From contig CBDHDG010000003.1 of NCBI GenBank assembly GCA_965261595.1, positions 64,001 through 128,000 on the forward strand: a DNA stretch of 64,000 nucleotides, written 5' to 3'. The notes below the pieces were generated by a model. That model was not told the origin of the DNA, did not search any database, and worked only from the letters and a program-made list of their open reading frames with translations. The stretch's first letter is position 1; each line of letters opens with the position of its first letter. Positions 41,448 to 50,463 of this stretch are shown here, in pieces. The stretch comes from a bacterium (GTDB lineage Bacteria; UBA8248; JACPRG01; G963555815). The translations under genes and the position numbers were made by a program.

Positions 41448-42326
41448 ATGTACGCTCCCGCCTTGGCCTTGTTGAGCGCCGCCCTGATCGGGATAGGAGA
41501 GTTCTGCGCGCACTTCGGCCTGCGGCGCGTCCGGCCCCTGACCGGTGTTTTCCTGGGTACTTGCTATCAGGTGCTGGCCCTGTCCGTGTTCGTCGCGATC
41601 TGGGGGGATTGGGACGTCGGGCCGTGGTGGAGCACGGCGCTGTTTTTCTTGGTCGGGGTCATCCATCCCGGCGCCTACTTCGTCGCGCTGCTGAACGCGA
41701 TTGACCGGCTGGGCCCCGCCCGGGCCATCATGGCTCGCTCCACGTCTCCCTTCTTCGCGGTGGCGTTGGCCGTGCTCTTTCTGGCGGAGCGGCCGGGTTT
41801 TCAGGTGGTTCTGGGACTGGTCCTGATCGTAGGGGGGGTCATGTTTCTGACGAAGGGGAAGGGGGGCAAGGGGACGCGGTCCGGCGATTGGGGCATCGCC
41901 TTGATGGCGGCGTTCTTTTCCGGGCTCGCTCCGGCGGTGACCAAGGCCGCGCTGAACCTGGGGGGGCGGCCGGTCATGGGGGCGCTTTTCGCGGTCATCG
42001 GAGGCATGGTGGCCATCGTCGCCGTCAACACCGTCCTCGAAAGAAAGACCGGGGGGGCGTTCTGGATTCGGAGGATTCCCCGGCCGGCCGTTTGGCTGTT
42101 TCTGCCGATGGGCGTCCTGACGGGTTTGGCCTACATCACTTGGTTCACCGCCCTTTCCGTGGGGTCGGTGTCCGTGGTGGTTCCTCTGGTCCAGTTGTCA
42201 CCGTTGTTCGCCATCGGGATGTCCCGCGTGTTTCTCCGCTCGGAGGAGCGAATCGATCTCCGCCTCCTGATCGCCGCCCTGGTGCTTGTCCTGGGGGCGG
42301 TCCTCGTCTCCCTGGGAAGAACATGA
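41448..42326 (+). CDS. EamA/DMT transporter paralogue 3
   Basis: GVIHPG, GPARA, LAERP, PLVQLSP. Confidence 0.88.
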   Translation: MYAPALALLSAALIGIGEFCAHFGLRRVRPLTGVFLGTCYQVLALSVFVAIWGDWDVGPWWSTALFFLVGVIHPGAYFVALLNAIDRLGPARAIMARSTSPFFAVALAVLFLAERPGFQVVLGLVLIVGGVMFLTKGKGGKGTRSGDWGIALMAAFFSGLAPAVTKAALNLGGRPVMGALFAVIGGMVAIVAVNTVLERKTGGAFWIRRIPRPAVWLFLPMGVLTGLAYITWFTALSVGSVSVVVPLVQLSPLFAIGMSRVFLRSEERIDLRLLIAALVLVLGAVLVSLGRT

Positions 42327-43888
42327 ATTCCTCGCGCCCTTCACCCTTGCCGTTCTTTGTCCGGGGGGACCTCGACGGTTTCTTCGGTCTCCTCATCGAC
42401 AACCTGGTCAACCTGATGCTCATCGTGAGCCTGTGCACCGGCCTGCTCGGGATGCCGGCGTCCCTGGTGTTCGGCCGCATCCTGCCGGGGGCGGCGGTCT
42501 CGATTCTGCTGGGGAACGTTTTTTACGCATGGCAGGCCCGACGCCTCGCCCGGCGGCTGGGCCGGGACGATCTGACCGCGCTCCCGTACGGCATCAACAC
42601 GGTTACGCTGTTCGCCTTCATCTTCTTCGTCATGCTCCCGGTCTACCGGGCGAGCGGGGACCCGGACCTGGCCTGGCGGGTGGGGATGCTGGCCTGTTTC
42701 ATCAGCGGGGTGGTCGAGCTTCTCGGGGCCTTCGTCGGCGGTTGGATCCGGAAGGTGACGCCCCGGGCGGCCCTGCTTTCCACCCTGGCGGGGATCGCCC
42801 TGACGTTCCTGGCCGTGGAGTTCTCTTTCAAGATTTTCGAATCCCCCCTGGTGGCGATGGTTCCGCTGGGCATCCTCCTCCTCCAGTACCTTTCCCGCGT
42901 CGTTCTTCCCTGGCGGCTTCCGGCGGGACTCTGGGCGGTCCTGGCGGGAACCGCGCTGGCCTGGTCGTTCGGGCAGGGCGGGGAAGGAGGGGAGGGCGCC
43001 GCCGTCGCGGCGGGGTTCTACGCGCCGGTCCCGACGCTCGGCGCCGTCCTCTCGGTCTTCAGCGGCGAGACCCTCCTCCCCCACCTGGCCATCACCGTCC
43101 CCATGGGGGTGATGAGCGTCATCGGCTCGCTGATGAACATCGAGAGCGCCGAGGCCGCCGGCGATTCCTACGACACGCGGTCCTCCCTGGCGGTCAGCGG
43201 GATCGGCAGCGTCGCGGCGTCTCTGCTCGGAAGCTGTTTTCCCACGACGGTTTATATCGGCCATCCCGGGTGGAAGACGATGGGGGCGAGGACGGGCTAT
43301 TCAACGTTGAACGGCGTCGTCATCGCGGTGTTGTGCCTGACCGGGACGGTGGGGTGGGTGTTCCGCGTGATGCCGCTGGAGGCCGCCATCGGCATCCTCG
43401 TCTGGATCGGCGTGGTCATCGTCGCCCAGGCGTTCCAGTCCGTTCCCGGCCGACACGCCCCGGCGGTCGCGATGGGGCTGTTTCCATCCCTGGCGGCTTG
43501 GGGGGTCCTCATCGTCCAGGGGACGTTGGGGCTGGCGGGGACGTCCCTTGCGGCTCTGGGCCAGAAGGCGTTCGGCGGCTCGCTCGCCCTGCGGGGGATG
43601 ATCGTTCTGGAGCGGGGGTTCCTGTTCAGCGCGATGATCCTCTCGGCCATGTCGGTGTTTCTGATCGAGCGGCGGTTCCTGACGGCCGCCGGGTGGGCGA
43701 TTTGCGCGGCGGTGCTGTCCTTCTTCGGCGTGATTCACGCGTTTGAGATCACGGCCGCCGGCGTCGCCTCCAAGTTCGGCTTCGCCGCCGCCCCGCGCGT
43801 CGCCGCCGGTTACTTCCTGATGGCCGCCCTGTTCGCGGGGATTGGGGTGTGGAAGAGGGGGGAACCTTCCGATTTGAATGATTCGTAA
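42323..43888 (+). CDS. NCS2/AzgA-like nucleobase permease
   Basis: GDLDGFFGL..DN, ALPYGIN, PRAALLSTLAG, NIESAEAAGD, YIGHPGWK. Confidence 0.85.
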   Translation: MNSSRPSPLPFFVRGDLDGFFGLLIDNLVNLMLIVSLCTGLLGMPASLVFGRILPGAAVSILLGNVFYAWQARRLARRLGRDDLTALPYGINTVTLFAFIFFVMLPVYRASGDPDLAWRVGMLACFISGVVELLGAFVGGWIRKVTPRAALLSTLAGIALTFLAVEFSFKIFESPLVAMVPLGILLLQYLSRVVLPWRLPAGLWAVLAGTALAWSFGQGGEGGEGAAVAAGFYAPVPTLGAVLSVFSGETLLPHLAITVPMGVMSVIGSLMNIESAEAAGDSYDTRSSLAVSGIGSVAASLLGSCFPTTVYIGHPGWKTMGARTGYSTLNGVVIAVLCLTGTVGWVFRVMPLEAAIGILVWIGVVIVAQAFQSVPGRHAPAVAMGLFPSLAAWGVLIVQGTLGLAGTSLAALGQKAFGGSLALRGMIVLERGFLFSAMILSAMSVFLIERRFLTAAGWAICAAVLSFFGVIHAFEITAAGVASKFGFAAAPRVAAGYFLMAALFAGIGVWKRGEPSDLNDS

Positions 43889-44045
43889 CCTGGGTTTCTC
43901 AGAAAGAAAATCTTGAACCTCGGATGGGCGGGTCACTGGTTGGCTTTAGAACCTATCTCAAAATCCCATTTCACACCCCTTGGACCTTTTGTCGTCATTC
44001 CCGTGGACTTACCCCGGTTTCGTGGAGAGTTAAGCACTTGGGTTT

Positions 44046-44897
44046 TCAGGGTGTGCGTTGTTGTCTCCTTTCGTAGTTAACGGGTGACAGGTTGTCGATG
44101 GAGGAGTGCCGACGATGCGGGTTGTAGAAGCCCTCGATGAACCCGAACACCTCCATGCGCGCCTCGGCCCGGGTGCGGAAACTGTGGCGAGCGAGGAGCT
44201 CGCACTCCAGCGTGGCGAAAAAGCTCTCACACAGCGCGTTGTCGTAGCAGTCCCCGACCGAACCCATGGAGGGACGCCCGCCCGCCTGCCGGCAGCGCTG
44301 CCCAAAGGCGACCGAGGTGTACTGCGTGCTGCCCTGGTCGGAGTGGTGGATGACGGCCCGGGGACGGCGCTTATACAGCGCCATGTCGAGCGCGTCGAGC
44401 ACCAACTCGGCCCGCAGGTGTGTGGCCATCGACCACCCCACGATGCGCCGGCTGAACGCATCGAGCGCCACGGCCAGATACAAAAACCCCGCCCATGTCG
44501 GAACGTAGGTGATGTCGGCCACCCACAGCCGGTCGGGGGCCTCGGCCGTGAAGTTGCGGTCCACCAGATCAGGGGCCGGCCGCGCCTCCTGCCGGCGCTG
44601 CGTCGTGCGCGCTCCCTTGCGCCGACTGACGCCCGCAAGTCCCGCCCCACGCATCAGCCTGGCGACGCGCTTGCGGCCCACACGCACTCCCTCAGCCTCC
44701 AGCTCGGCATGGACGCGCGGCACGCCGTAAGTCCCCCGAGAACGCTCGTGGATCGCCTGAATGCGTTTGGTGAGCGCCCGATCGGCACACGAGCGGGCAC
44801 ACGGCGCGCGCCTGCGCCACGCGTAGTAGCCGCTGGAGGAGACGCCCAGCACCCGGCACATGGTGGCGGTCCGATACATGGCCTGGTTCGCCCTCAC
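44046..44897 (-). CDS. IS3 transposase OrfB
   Basis: WVADITY, HHSDQGS, DCYDNALCESFF. Confidence 0.95.
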   Translation of the reverse strand: MRANQAMYRTATMCRVLGVSSSGYYAWRRRAPCARSCADRALTKRIQAIHERSRGTYGVPRVHAELEAEGVRVGRKRVARLMRGAGLAGVSRRKGARTTQRRQEARPAPDLVDRNFTAEAPDRLWVADITYVPTWAGFLYLAVALDAFSRRIVGWSMATHLRAELVLDALDMALYKRRPRAVIHHSDQGSTQYTSVAFGQRCRQAGGRPSMGSVGDCYDNALCESFFATLECELLARHSFRTRAEARMEVFGFIEGFYNPHRRHSSIDNLSPVNYERRQQRTP

Positions 44898-45208
44898 GAA
44901 CCCGTAGATCCGGACGGGATCGAATCGGTTTCCCGAGCAAACCAGGCCGCGGCTTTTGCTAAGATCTCCCGCTCCTGGCGGAGCTGTCGGTTCTCGCGGC
45001 GAAGTCGGCGCAACTCCTCCCGCTCATCGCTCGTGAGCCCGTCTTTGCGACGCCCCTCGTCAACGTCGGCTTGATGGGCCCAGGTGCGGATCGTCTGCGC
45101 CGAGGGCTCGAACTCGTGCGCCAGCGCCTCGGGCGTGCGTCCCGCCCGGACCAACTCTACCATCTGGCAGCGGAACTCCATTGGATAGCGTGGGTGAGTC
45201 TGTGGCAT
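44894..45208 (-). CDS. IS3 transposase OrfA
   Basis: YPMEFR.QMVELVRAG, EELRRLRREN, ILAKAAAWFA; AAGGAGG RBS. Confidence 0.93.
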   Translation of the reverse strand: MPQTHPRYPMEFRCQMVELVRAGRTPEALAHEFEPSAQTIRTWAHQADVDEGRRKDGLTSDEREELRRLRRENRQLRQEREILAKAAAWFARETDSIPSGSTGS

Positions 45209-45392
45209 CGTGAACACCTCCTTTACCCCCAAATCATCAGGTGTCCACCAAACCGGGTCAACTCCACCTCCCGGCTTCCACCGTTGCAGTTGCAGGATAC
45301 GACCCAATGCCTGTTCAAGCTTTCCAAGAAGAGAGAAAAATAAATCTGTTCCCTTTTTCCACCTGTAGGTTTCTGCTGGCGCGAGACGCCCG

Positions 45393-45977
45393 ATGAGGAT
45401 CGCAATCCTTGGTTGGGGCTCCCTGCTATGGGACCGACGCGCTGAGTTTGACGAACAACGCGAAGGTTGGCAGTGTGATGGCCCCAGCTTAAAGCTTGAG
45501 TTTTCCAGAATCTCAACGACCCGAAGCCGTGCACTGACGCTTGTTCTTGACATGCGCAACGGAGAGTTGTGTCAGGTTGCGTATGCGATCAGCAAGCGCA
45601 AAAGCCCGGATGACGCCATTTGTGATCTACGGTGCCGTGAGGGAACCACACTTGAAAAGATTGGCTCCTATTTTGCCGACGGCTCGCCAAGCCAGAGCCG
45701 CAATGACGAGTCTTTACAGAGCATTCGAGCCTGGGCCGAAAAGAAGAAAGGGAAGAAGATCGACGTCGTTGTCTGGACCGATCTTGAGAGCAACTTCAAA
45801 TGCAAGAGTAAGGATCGTGAACCGTTTTCCATCAAGAGGGCAATTTCTCATGTTCAGGCTCTCGATGCCGAGGGAAAGGCGAAAGCCGCGGAGTATGTAT
45901 GGCGCGCACCAACGTTCATTGACACGCCTCTCCGTAGGGCACTGCAGTCGCAGCCATGGTTTCCCAAACACGGCTGA
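45393..45977 (+). CDS. Hypothetical protein, possible gamma-glutamyl cyclotransferase-like fold
   Basis: N-terminal ILGWGSL resembles the F/Y-GSL motif; later L..REG. Confidence 0.7.
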   Translation: MRIAILGWGSLLWDRRAEFDEQREGWQCDGPSLKLEFSRISTTRSRALTLVLDMRNGELCQVAYAISKRKSPDDAICDLRCREGTTLEKIGSYFADGSPSQSRNDESLQSIRAWAEKKKGKKIDVVVWTDLESNFKCKSKDREPFSIKRAISHVQALDAEGKAKAAEYVWRAPTFIDTPLRRALQSQPWFPKHG

Positions 45978-46068
45978 CATTGAGTTGCACCCGACCGGCC
46001 GCGCTTCCGGCGGAGGCAAAGCTAGACGACGATTGAAGAAGACTGGATACTGAAGTCCCATATCAAGC

Positions 46069-46270
46069 CTACCCCTGCAAGGACTTTTCAGCCTTCCTCC
46101 CGTTCTCAGCCAGCATCTTTGCGACTTCTCCGGCTAGGCCGATCCGGTTGTCATCATAGACGACCAGGGTCTGTAAATCCCGGTGGCGGGAGAAGTGTTG
46201 AACCTTCCGAACGTCCCCGTTGGTCAGGTCCAGGGCTTCCGGGGGGGCGGCGATTTTGAATCATGGGGAG
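46069..46270 (-). pseudogene. C-terminal relic of a tyrosine recombinase/integrase (not in the ORF track)
   Basis: Manual translation EALDLTNGDVRKVQHFSRHRDLQTLVVYDDNR; the upstream HxLRH-like box is eroded. Confidence 0.75.
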
Positions 46271-46368
46271 GACAGAAAAGCCGAAGACCCCGTCTGCATG
46301 GCTCGGTCTCAGCCCTTGGGTTGATTCTGGCAGCGGAATTTTAATATGGTCCCATTGGGATTTCCGAA

Positions 46369-46399
46369 TTGACAATTCGGTGAAGGTGTCCGATATTAT
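46369..46399 (+). promoter_or_regulatory. Putative promoter upstream of the NYN gene leader
   Basis: TTGACA at 46369, then GATATT (17-bp spacer) or TATTAT (19-bp spacer). Confidence 0.55.
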
Positions 46400-46438
46400 C
46401 AGTGAAACTTTGGTTGACTCAAGAGATTTGTACTTGCT

Positions 46439-46481
46439 CCCCGCCCGACATGCTGAAAGGCCTCGGGCGGGGTTATTTTTT
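46439..46481 (+). terminator. Intrinsic terminator-like hairpin just upstream of the NYN gene RBS
   Basis: CCCCGCCCGA-N14-TCGGGCGGGG followed by TTATTTTTT. Confidence 0.75.
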
Positions 46482-46498
46482 GGGGGAGGTATCATCAG

Positions 46499-47131
46499 GT
46501 GGCGCAAGAGCCCTCGGTAAAACGTGCGGTGGCCTTCTTTGACGGCCAAAATCTATTCCACGCGGCAAGAGAGGCATTCGGACACCGCCACCCTAATTAT
46601 GATGTTCTTGCTCTCGCGAACACCGTCTGTCAGAACGAGGGCTGGAATCTGGACGAGGTGCGATTCTATACGGGGGTTCCCGACCCAACGGACAACGAAT
46701 TCTGGCATCATTTCTGGGCCGGCAAGCTAGGGGTTATGGGGCGCCAGGGAATCCATGTGTACTCGCGCTCCCTTCGCTACCGGAACAAGACTGTAAGGCT
46801 CAACGACGGTACGAAGCATACATTCCTGTCCGGCGAGGAGAAAGGGATTGATGTCCGTATTGCCCTTGATGTGATCCGCTTGGCTCACAGCCGAAAATAT
46901 GATGTTGCAGTCATTTTCAGCCAGGATCAAGACCTCTCGGAAGTGGCGGCAGAGATTCGCGTAATTGCAAGAGAACAGGACCGCTGGATCAAGATGGCTT
47001 GTGCGTTCCCAGATAGTCCAACGACCCGTAATCGCCGGGGCATTAACGGGACAGACTGGATCAAAATCTCCAGAGCGACCTATGACTCTTGCCTGGATAG
47101 GCGCGACTATCGACCTAAAACCTCACCCTAA
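46499..47131 (+). CDS. NYN-domain (LabA/DUF88, PIN-like) nuclease
   Basis: FFDGQNL, RFYTG, EEKGIDV..A.D, SQDQDL; GGGAGGT RBS; GTG start. Confidence 0.9.
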   Translation: MAQEPSVKRAVAFFDGQNLFHAAREAFGHRHPNYDVLALANTVCQNEGWNLDEVRFYTGVPDPTDNEFWHHFWAGKLGVMGRQGIHVYSRSLRYRNKTVRLNDGTKHTFLSGEEKGIDVRIALDVIRLAHSRKYDVAVIFSQDQDLSEVAAEIRVIAREQDRWIKMACAFPDSPTTRNRRGINGTDWIKISRATYDSCLDRRDYRPKTSP

Positions 47132-47430
47132 ATAAACCCGCGTCACGTCCCATTTTCCCCATTTCCTACAACCAACCGAGCCACCCAAATCTGCCTGGTT
47201 GTCATCGGGCACCGTCAGAACCCTCACGTGTATGAGTTCAAGACATTGAGACACAGGGGCCGTTTTTTTGAATTTCTCCAGGGCGGGGACAGGCGCTGGG
47301 GACCCTTCCCCGGCCCCGCAACCTCAAGGCGCTGATGCATCCTCCCAATGAGGGAGGAAAAGGGGGGGCAACCGGCAACCCGAGCGCGGCGGACGCTGGT
47401 ATAATGCCCGGCTGGATCGGAGGAGAGACC

Positions 47431-48048
47431 TTGGCCGACGAGATGGATCGGAAGAATTTTCTCAAGAAGGGCTGGATGGGGCTGATCTCGCCCTTTTTCC
47501 AGGAAGTGGACAAGGAGGACGAATGGTTGCCCCCCGGGGACGCGTTGGAGGCGGGCCGCCTCATGCGGCCGCCGGGGGCGATCCCGGAGCCGGACTTCCT
47601 CGCCGCCTGCCACCAGTGCGGGACGTGCATCGAGGCCTGCCCGGCCGACGCCATCCGGTTCGCCAATGACGGCGAAGACCTTCCGGCCAAGACCCCCGTT
47701 ATCGTCGCGGCGGAGTCGCCCTGCGTGGTCTGCGAATCGCTGGCCTGCATGAGCAAGTGCCCCTCGGGCGCCCTGCTGTCCGTTCCCCGGGAATCCATCG
47801 AGATGGGCATTGCGCAAGTGGACATCGGGGCCTGCCTCGCCTGGAACGGCGACGACGAGGAATGCCGGGTGTGCTTCGACATGTGTCCGTTCAAGGGGAC
47901 CGCCATCACATTCCATGAAAGCGCCGCGGGCGGATTGAACGGGCCGGTGGTTCACGATGAGGCCTGTACGGGGTGCGGGGTGTGCGAGTATTATTGCCCA
48001 GAAGGAAGGATCGCCATCACCGTCGAGCCCAGCCCGAGGGCGGTCTGA
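47431..48048 (+). CDS. MauM/NapG-like 4Fe-4S ferredoxin
   Basis: RPPGA, CHQCGTCIEACP, CVVC....C...CP, CRVC...CP, CTGCGVCEYYCP. Confidence 0.9.
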   Translation: MADEMDRKNFLKKGWMGLISPFFQEVDKEDEWLPPGDALEAGRLMRPPGAIPEPDFLAACHQCGTCIEACPADAIRFANDGEDLPAKTPVIVAAESPCVVCESLACMSKCPSGALLSVPRESIEMGIAQVDIGACLAWNGDDEECRVCFDMCPFKGTAITFHESAAGGLNGPVVHDEACTGCGVCEYYCPEGRIAITVEPSPRAV

Positions 48049-48084
48049 CCTCCCCCCGTTCCCAGAGTGGTTCTCGCGAGCCCC

Positions 48085-48343
48085 AAAACCCAACTTGGCG
48101 GGCGCCCTTCGGGGGGCTGAATGCGAAAGGCCGGGCAAGGGGTCCTCCGACCCGTTGGGTCATCCGACCCGTTGGGTCAACCGACCCAAACGCCCGGTCT
48201 ACCTGTTGGTGAAAAGCTGGATTGGTTAAATGGCGGGGAGGGCGTTCGGGTCGGATGACCCAACAAGCCTGATACCCCACGGTGTCGGACGACCCCTTGC
48301 CCGCCTTTCGAGCCTTCGCGACAACTCTGCCCAAGTTGGTTTC
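48085..48343. repeat. Long imperfect inverted repeat with internal 17-bp tandem repeat
   Basis: Three nested arm pairs read directly (see findings). Confidence 0.85.
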
Positions 48344-48366
48344 GGAAACCGGCCGGGGTCGGCCGA

Positions 48367-50088
48367 TCAGGCCGACTCGGACGACGCGGACAGGCTTTTG
48401 AGGGTGAATTCGAACTCCTCGACCAGGTGCCTCATCTCGTCCTTGACCGTGGCGGGGAGTCTCTTCAGCCGATCGCGGGCGTCGGCGAGCGCCTCGGCCG
48501 CGTGCCGCATGCCTTCCTGCCGCTCCCGGTTGTAGGCCTCCATCACTCGCTGAATCGCCGTGCGGATGAAGCCGTGGAATTCGTCCGCGGCCAGCTTGTC
48601 GTGGGTCAGCTCGTAAAAATGCAGGCCGACGATTCCGTGCCGGACGGCTTCGGTGAACCGGGCGGGAAACTTCAAGGCCATCCGGGAAAGGAAGCGGCCG
48701 TAGGCCCAGCCGTACCTGGACGTGGGAATCATCAAGATCGACTTGATGAAGGCCCAGATCCGCTTCAGGGAAAGCGGCGCCGAGGGGAAGGAGATGCCTT
48801 CCAGGTTGCGGAAGAGCGTCTCGACCCGGTGGAAATAGTTCTTCGGCTTCCCGTAGACCTCGAGCAGGACGTTTTTGTACGCGTCGACCAGGACCTTGGA
48901 GTCCTGGACGGTCTTGTAGTTGAAACCGAATTTGAAGGTGTTGTCGCCCACCCCCGGGGCGTTGGCTTCGAGGAGGCGTTTCTCGGCCTTGAACCGGTCG
49001 TACAGGGGGCTGCCCGGAATGGCCGTCAACAGACCCGTCATGGCGACGGGGACGCCCGAGTCCTGGATGAACCGGATGAGGTGCCGGTCGATGTCGAGCG
49101 GGTCGTTGTCGAAGCCGATGATGAATCCCGCCATCACCTCCATGCCGGCCCGCTGGATCGCCCGGACAGACTCCAGGAGGTCTAATTTCACGTTCTGGAG
49201 TTTGCCGGTCTCTCTCAGGCTCGCTTCGATGGGGGTCTCGATCCCCAGGAAAACGCTGTCGAATCCGGCGGCCTTCATGGCGGAGAGCAGACCCGCGTCG
49301 CCGGCCAGGTTGACGCTGGCCTGGGTGTAGAACTGGAAGGGATTTCCGCGCTTTTCCTGCCACTCGATCACGTGCGGCAGGAGCAGCTTGGCGGATTTCT
49401 TGTTGCCGATGAAGTTGTCGTCCACCCAGAACACGCTGCCCCGCCATCCCCGGTTATAGAGCAGGTCGAGCTCCTCGAGCGTCCGCTCGGCCGATTTGTA
49501 CCGGGTGGTCTTGCCGAACAGCGCCGGGATGTCGCAGAACTCGCACTTGAAAGGGCAGCCGCGCGAGATCTGAAGCGCCATCGAGACATAGTCCTTCATG
49601 TTCAGGATGTCGTAGCGGGGAGCGGGGGACGCGCTGATGCCCGGCGATTCGTCATGGAGGTCCAGGATGACCCGCTCCCGGGAGGTGATCAGCAGATCGA
49701 GCGACTCCACGAACCGGGGGCTTTCGGCCTCGCCGAGCACAATGTGCGCGCCGGCGGGCATCTGCTCGTGGGAGGAAGTGGCGTCCGGTCCTCCCACGAC
49801 CGCGGGGACGCCGGCCTGCACGCATCGCTCGACGATCCATTCCACCGAAGGGCGCTGGACCATCATCCCGCCGGTCAGGACCAGGTCGGCCCAATCGAGA
49901 TCCTTCTTCCGCAGTTTTCTGGTGTTGAGATCGACGAGGCGGACGTCGTGCTCCTTCGGCAGCAATGCGGCGACGGTCAACAGGCCCAGGGGGGGATGCG
50001 TCGCCTTGATGCCCAGGAACTTCAACGCCCGCTGATAGCCCCAAAAGGTCTCGGGAAACTCGGGGTAGATCAAAAGAATTCGAGACAT
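48367..50088 (-). CDS. B12-binding radical SAM protein (DUF4070 type)
   Basis: PPLGLLTVAALLP, RGCPFKCEFC, FWVDDNFIGN, GFIIGFDND. Confidence 0.92.
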   Translation of the reverse strand: MSRILLIYPEFPETFWGYQRALKFLGIKATHPPLGLLTVAALLPKEHDVRLVDLNTRKLRKKDLDWADLVLTGGMMVQRPSVEWIVERCVQAGVPAVVGGPDATSSHEQMPAGAHIVLGEAESPRFVESLDLLITSRERVILDLHDESPGISASPAPRYDILNMKDYVSMALQISRGCPFKCEFCDIPALFGKTTRYKSAERTLEELDLLYNRGWRGSVFWVDDNFIGNKKSAKLLLPHVIEWQEKRGNPFQFYTQASVNLAGDAGLLSAMKAAGFDSVFLGIETPIEASLRETGKLQNVKLDLLESVRAIQRAGMEVMAGFIIGFDNDPLDIDRHLIRFIQDSGVPVAMTGLLTAIPGSPLYDRFKAEKRLLEANAPGVGDNTFKFGFNYKTVQDSKVLVDAYKNVLLEVYGKPKNYFHRVETLFRNLEGISFPSAPLSLKRIWAFIKSILMIPTSRYGWAYGRFLSRMALKFPARFTEAVRHGIVGLHFYELTHDKLAADEFHGFIRTAIQRVMEAYNRERQEGMRHAAEALADARDRLKRLPATVKDEMRHLVEEFEFTLKSLSASSESA

Positions 50089-50463
50089 GCGACGCTCCTG
50101 TTCCGGGAGATGGACGGAACGCGTGCGCCCCGGCTCCATCTCCGCCACAACCCTCCCACCCTTGAAAATCACGGCGGGAGAGGACGATCAATCGGTTCGT
50201 GTGATGAACGACCCCCGCTCAGACGGAGACCTCGGCCTTTTCTCCCAGCGCCTCGGGCGCCTTAACCGAATGCGCCCGCTTCTCTTCGTAATGGAAATCG
50301 GCCATTACGATAGTTTCCCCTCACATCGATTGTATGGGTCCTTGGAGGAATGTGCAACCGAAAAATACGAACCGCCAGGCCCGGACTCCGGCGGCCCGAT
50401 CCCCGATGCCGCGGCAAGGCGGGACCCGCGTAACTTTCCGTCCCGGCGCGTTGGCGATCCGAA

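Larger units (their letters stand above)
44004..45266 (-). mobile_element. IS3-family insertion sequence, 1263 bp, distinct from the element at 8567
   Basis: IRs TGGACTTACCCCGGTTTCGTGGA / TGGAGTTGACCCGGTTTGGTGGA; flanks CCG vs CCT give no exact target duplication. Confidence 0.93.

Noticed and set aside
41888..42322. N-terminal extension of the permease ORF
   Set aside because: It overlaps the EamA gene out of frame; the ATGA overlap at 42323 is the better start.
48147..48187. 17-bp repeats as a mini CRISPR array
   Set aside because: No spacers, too short, and no cas genes.
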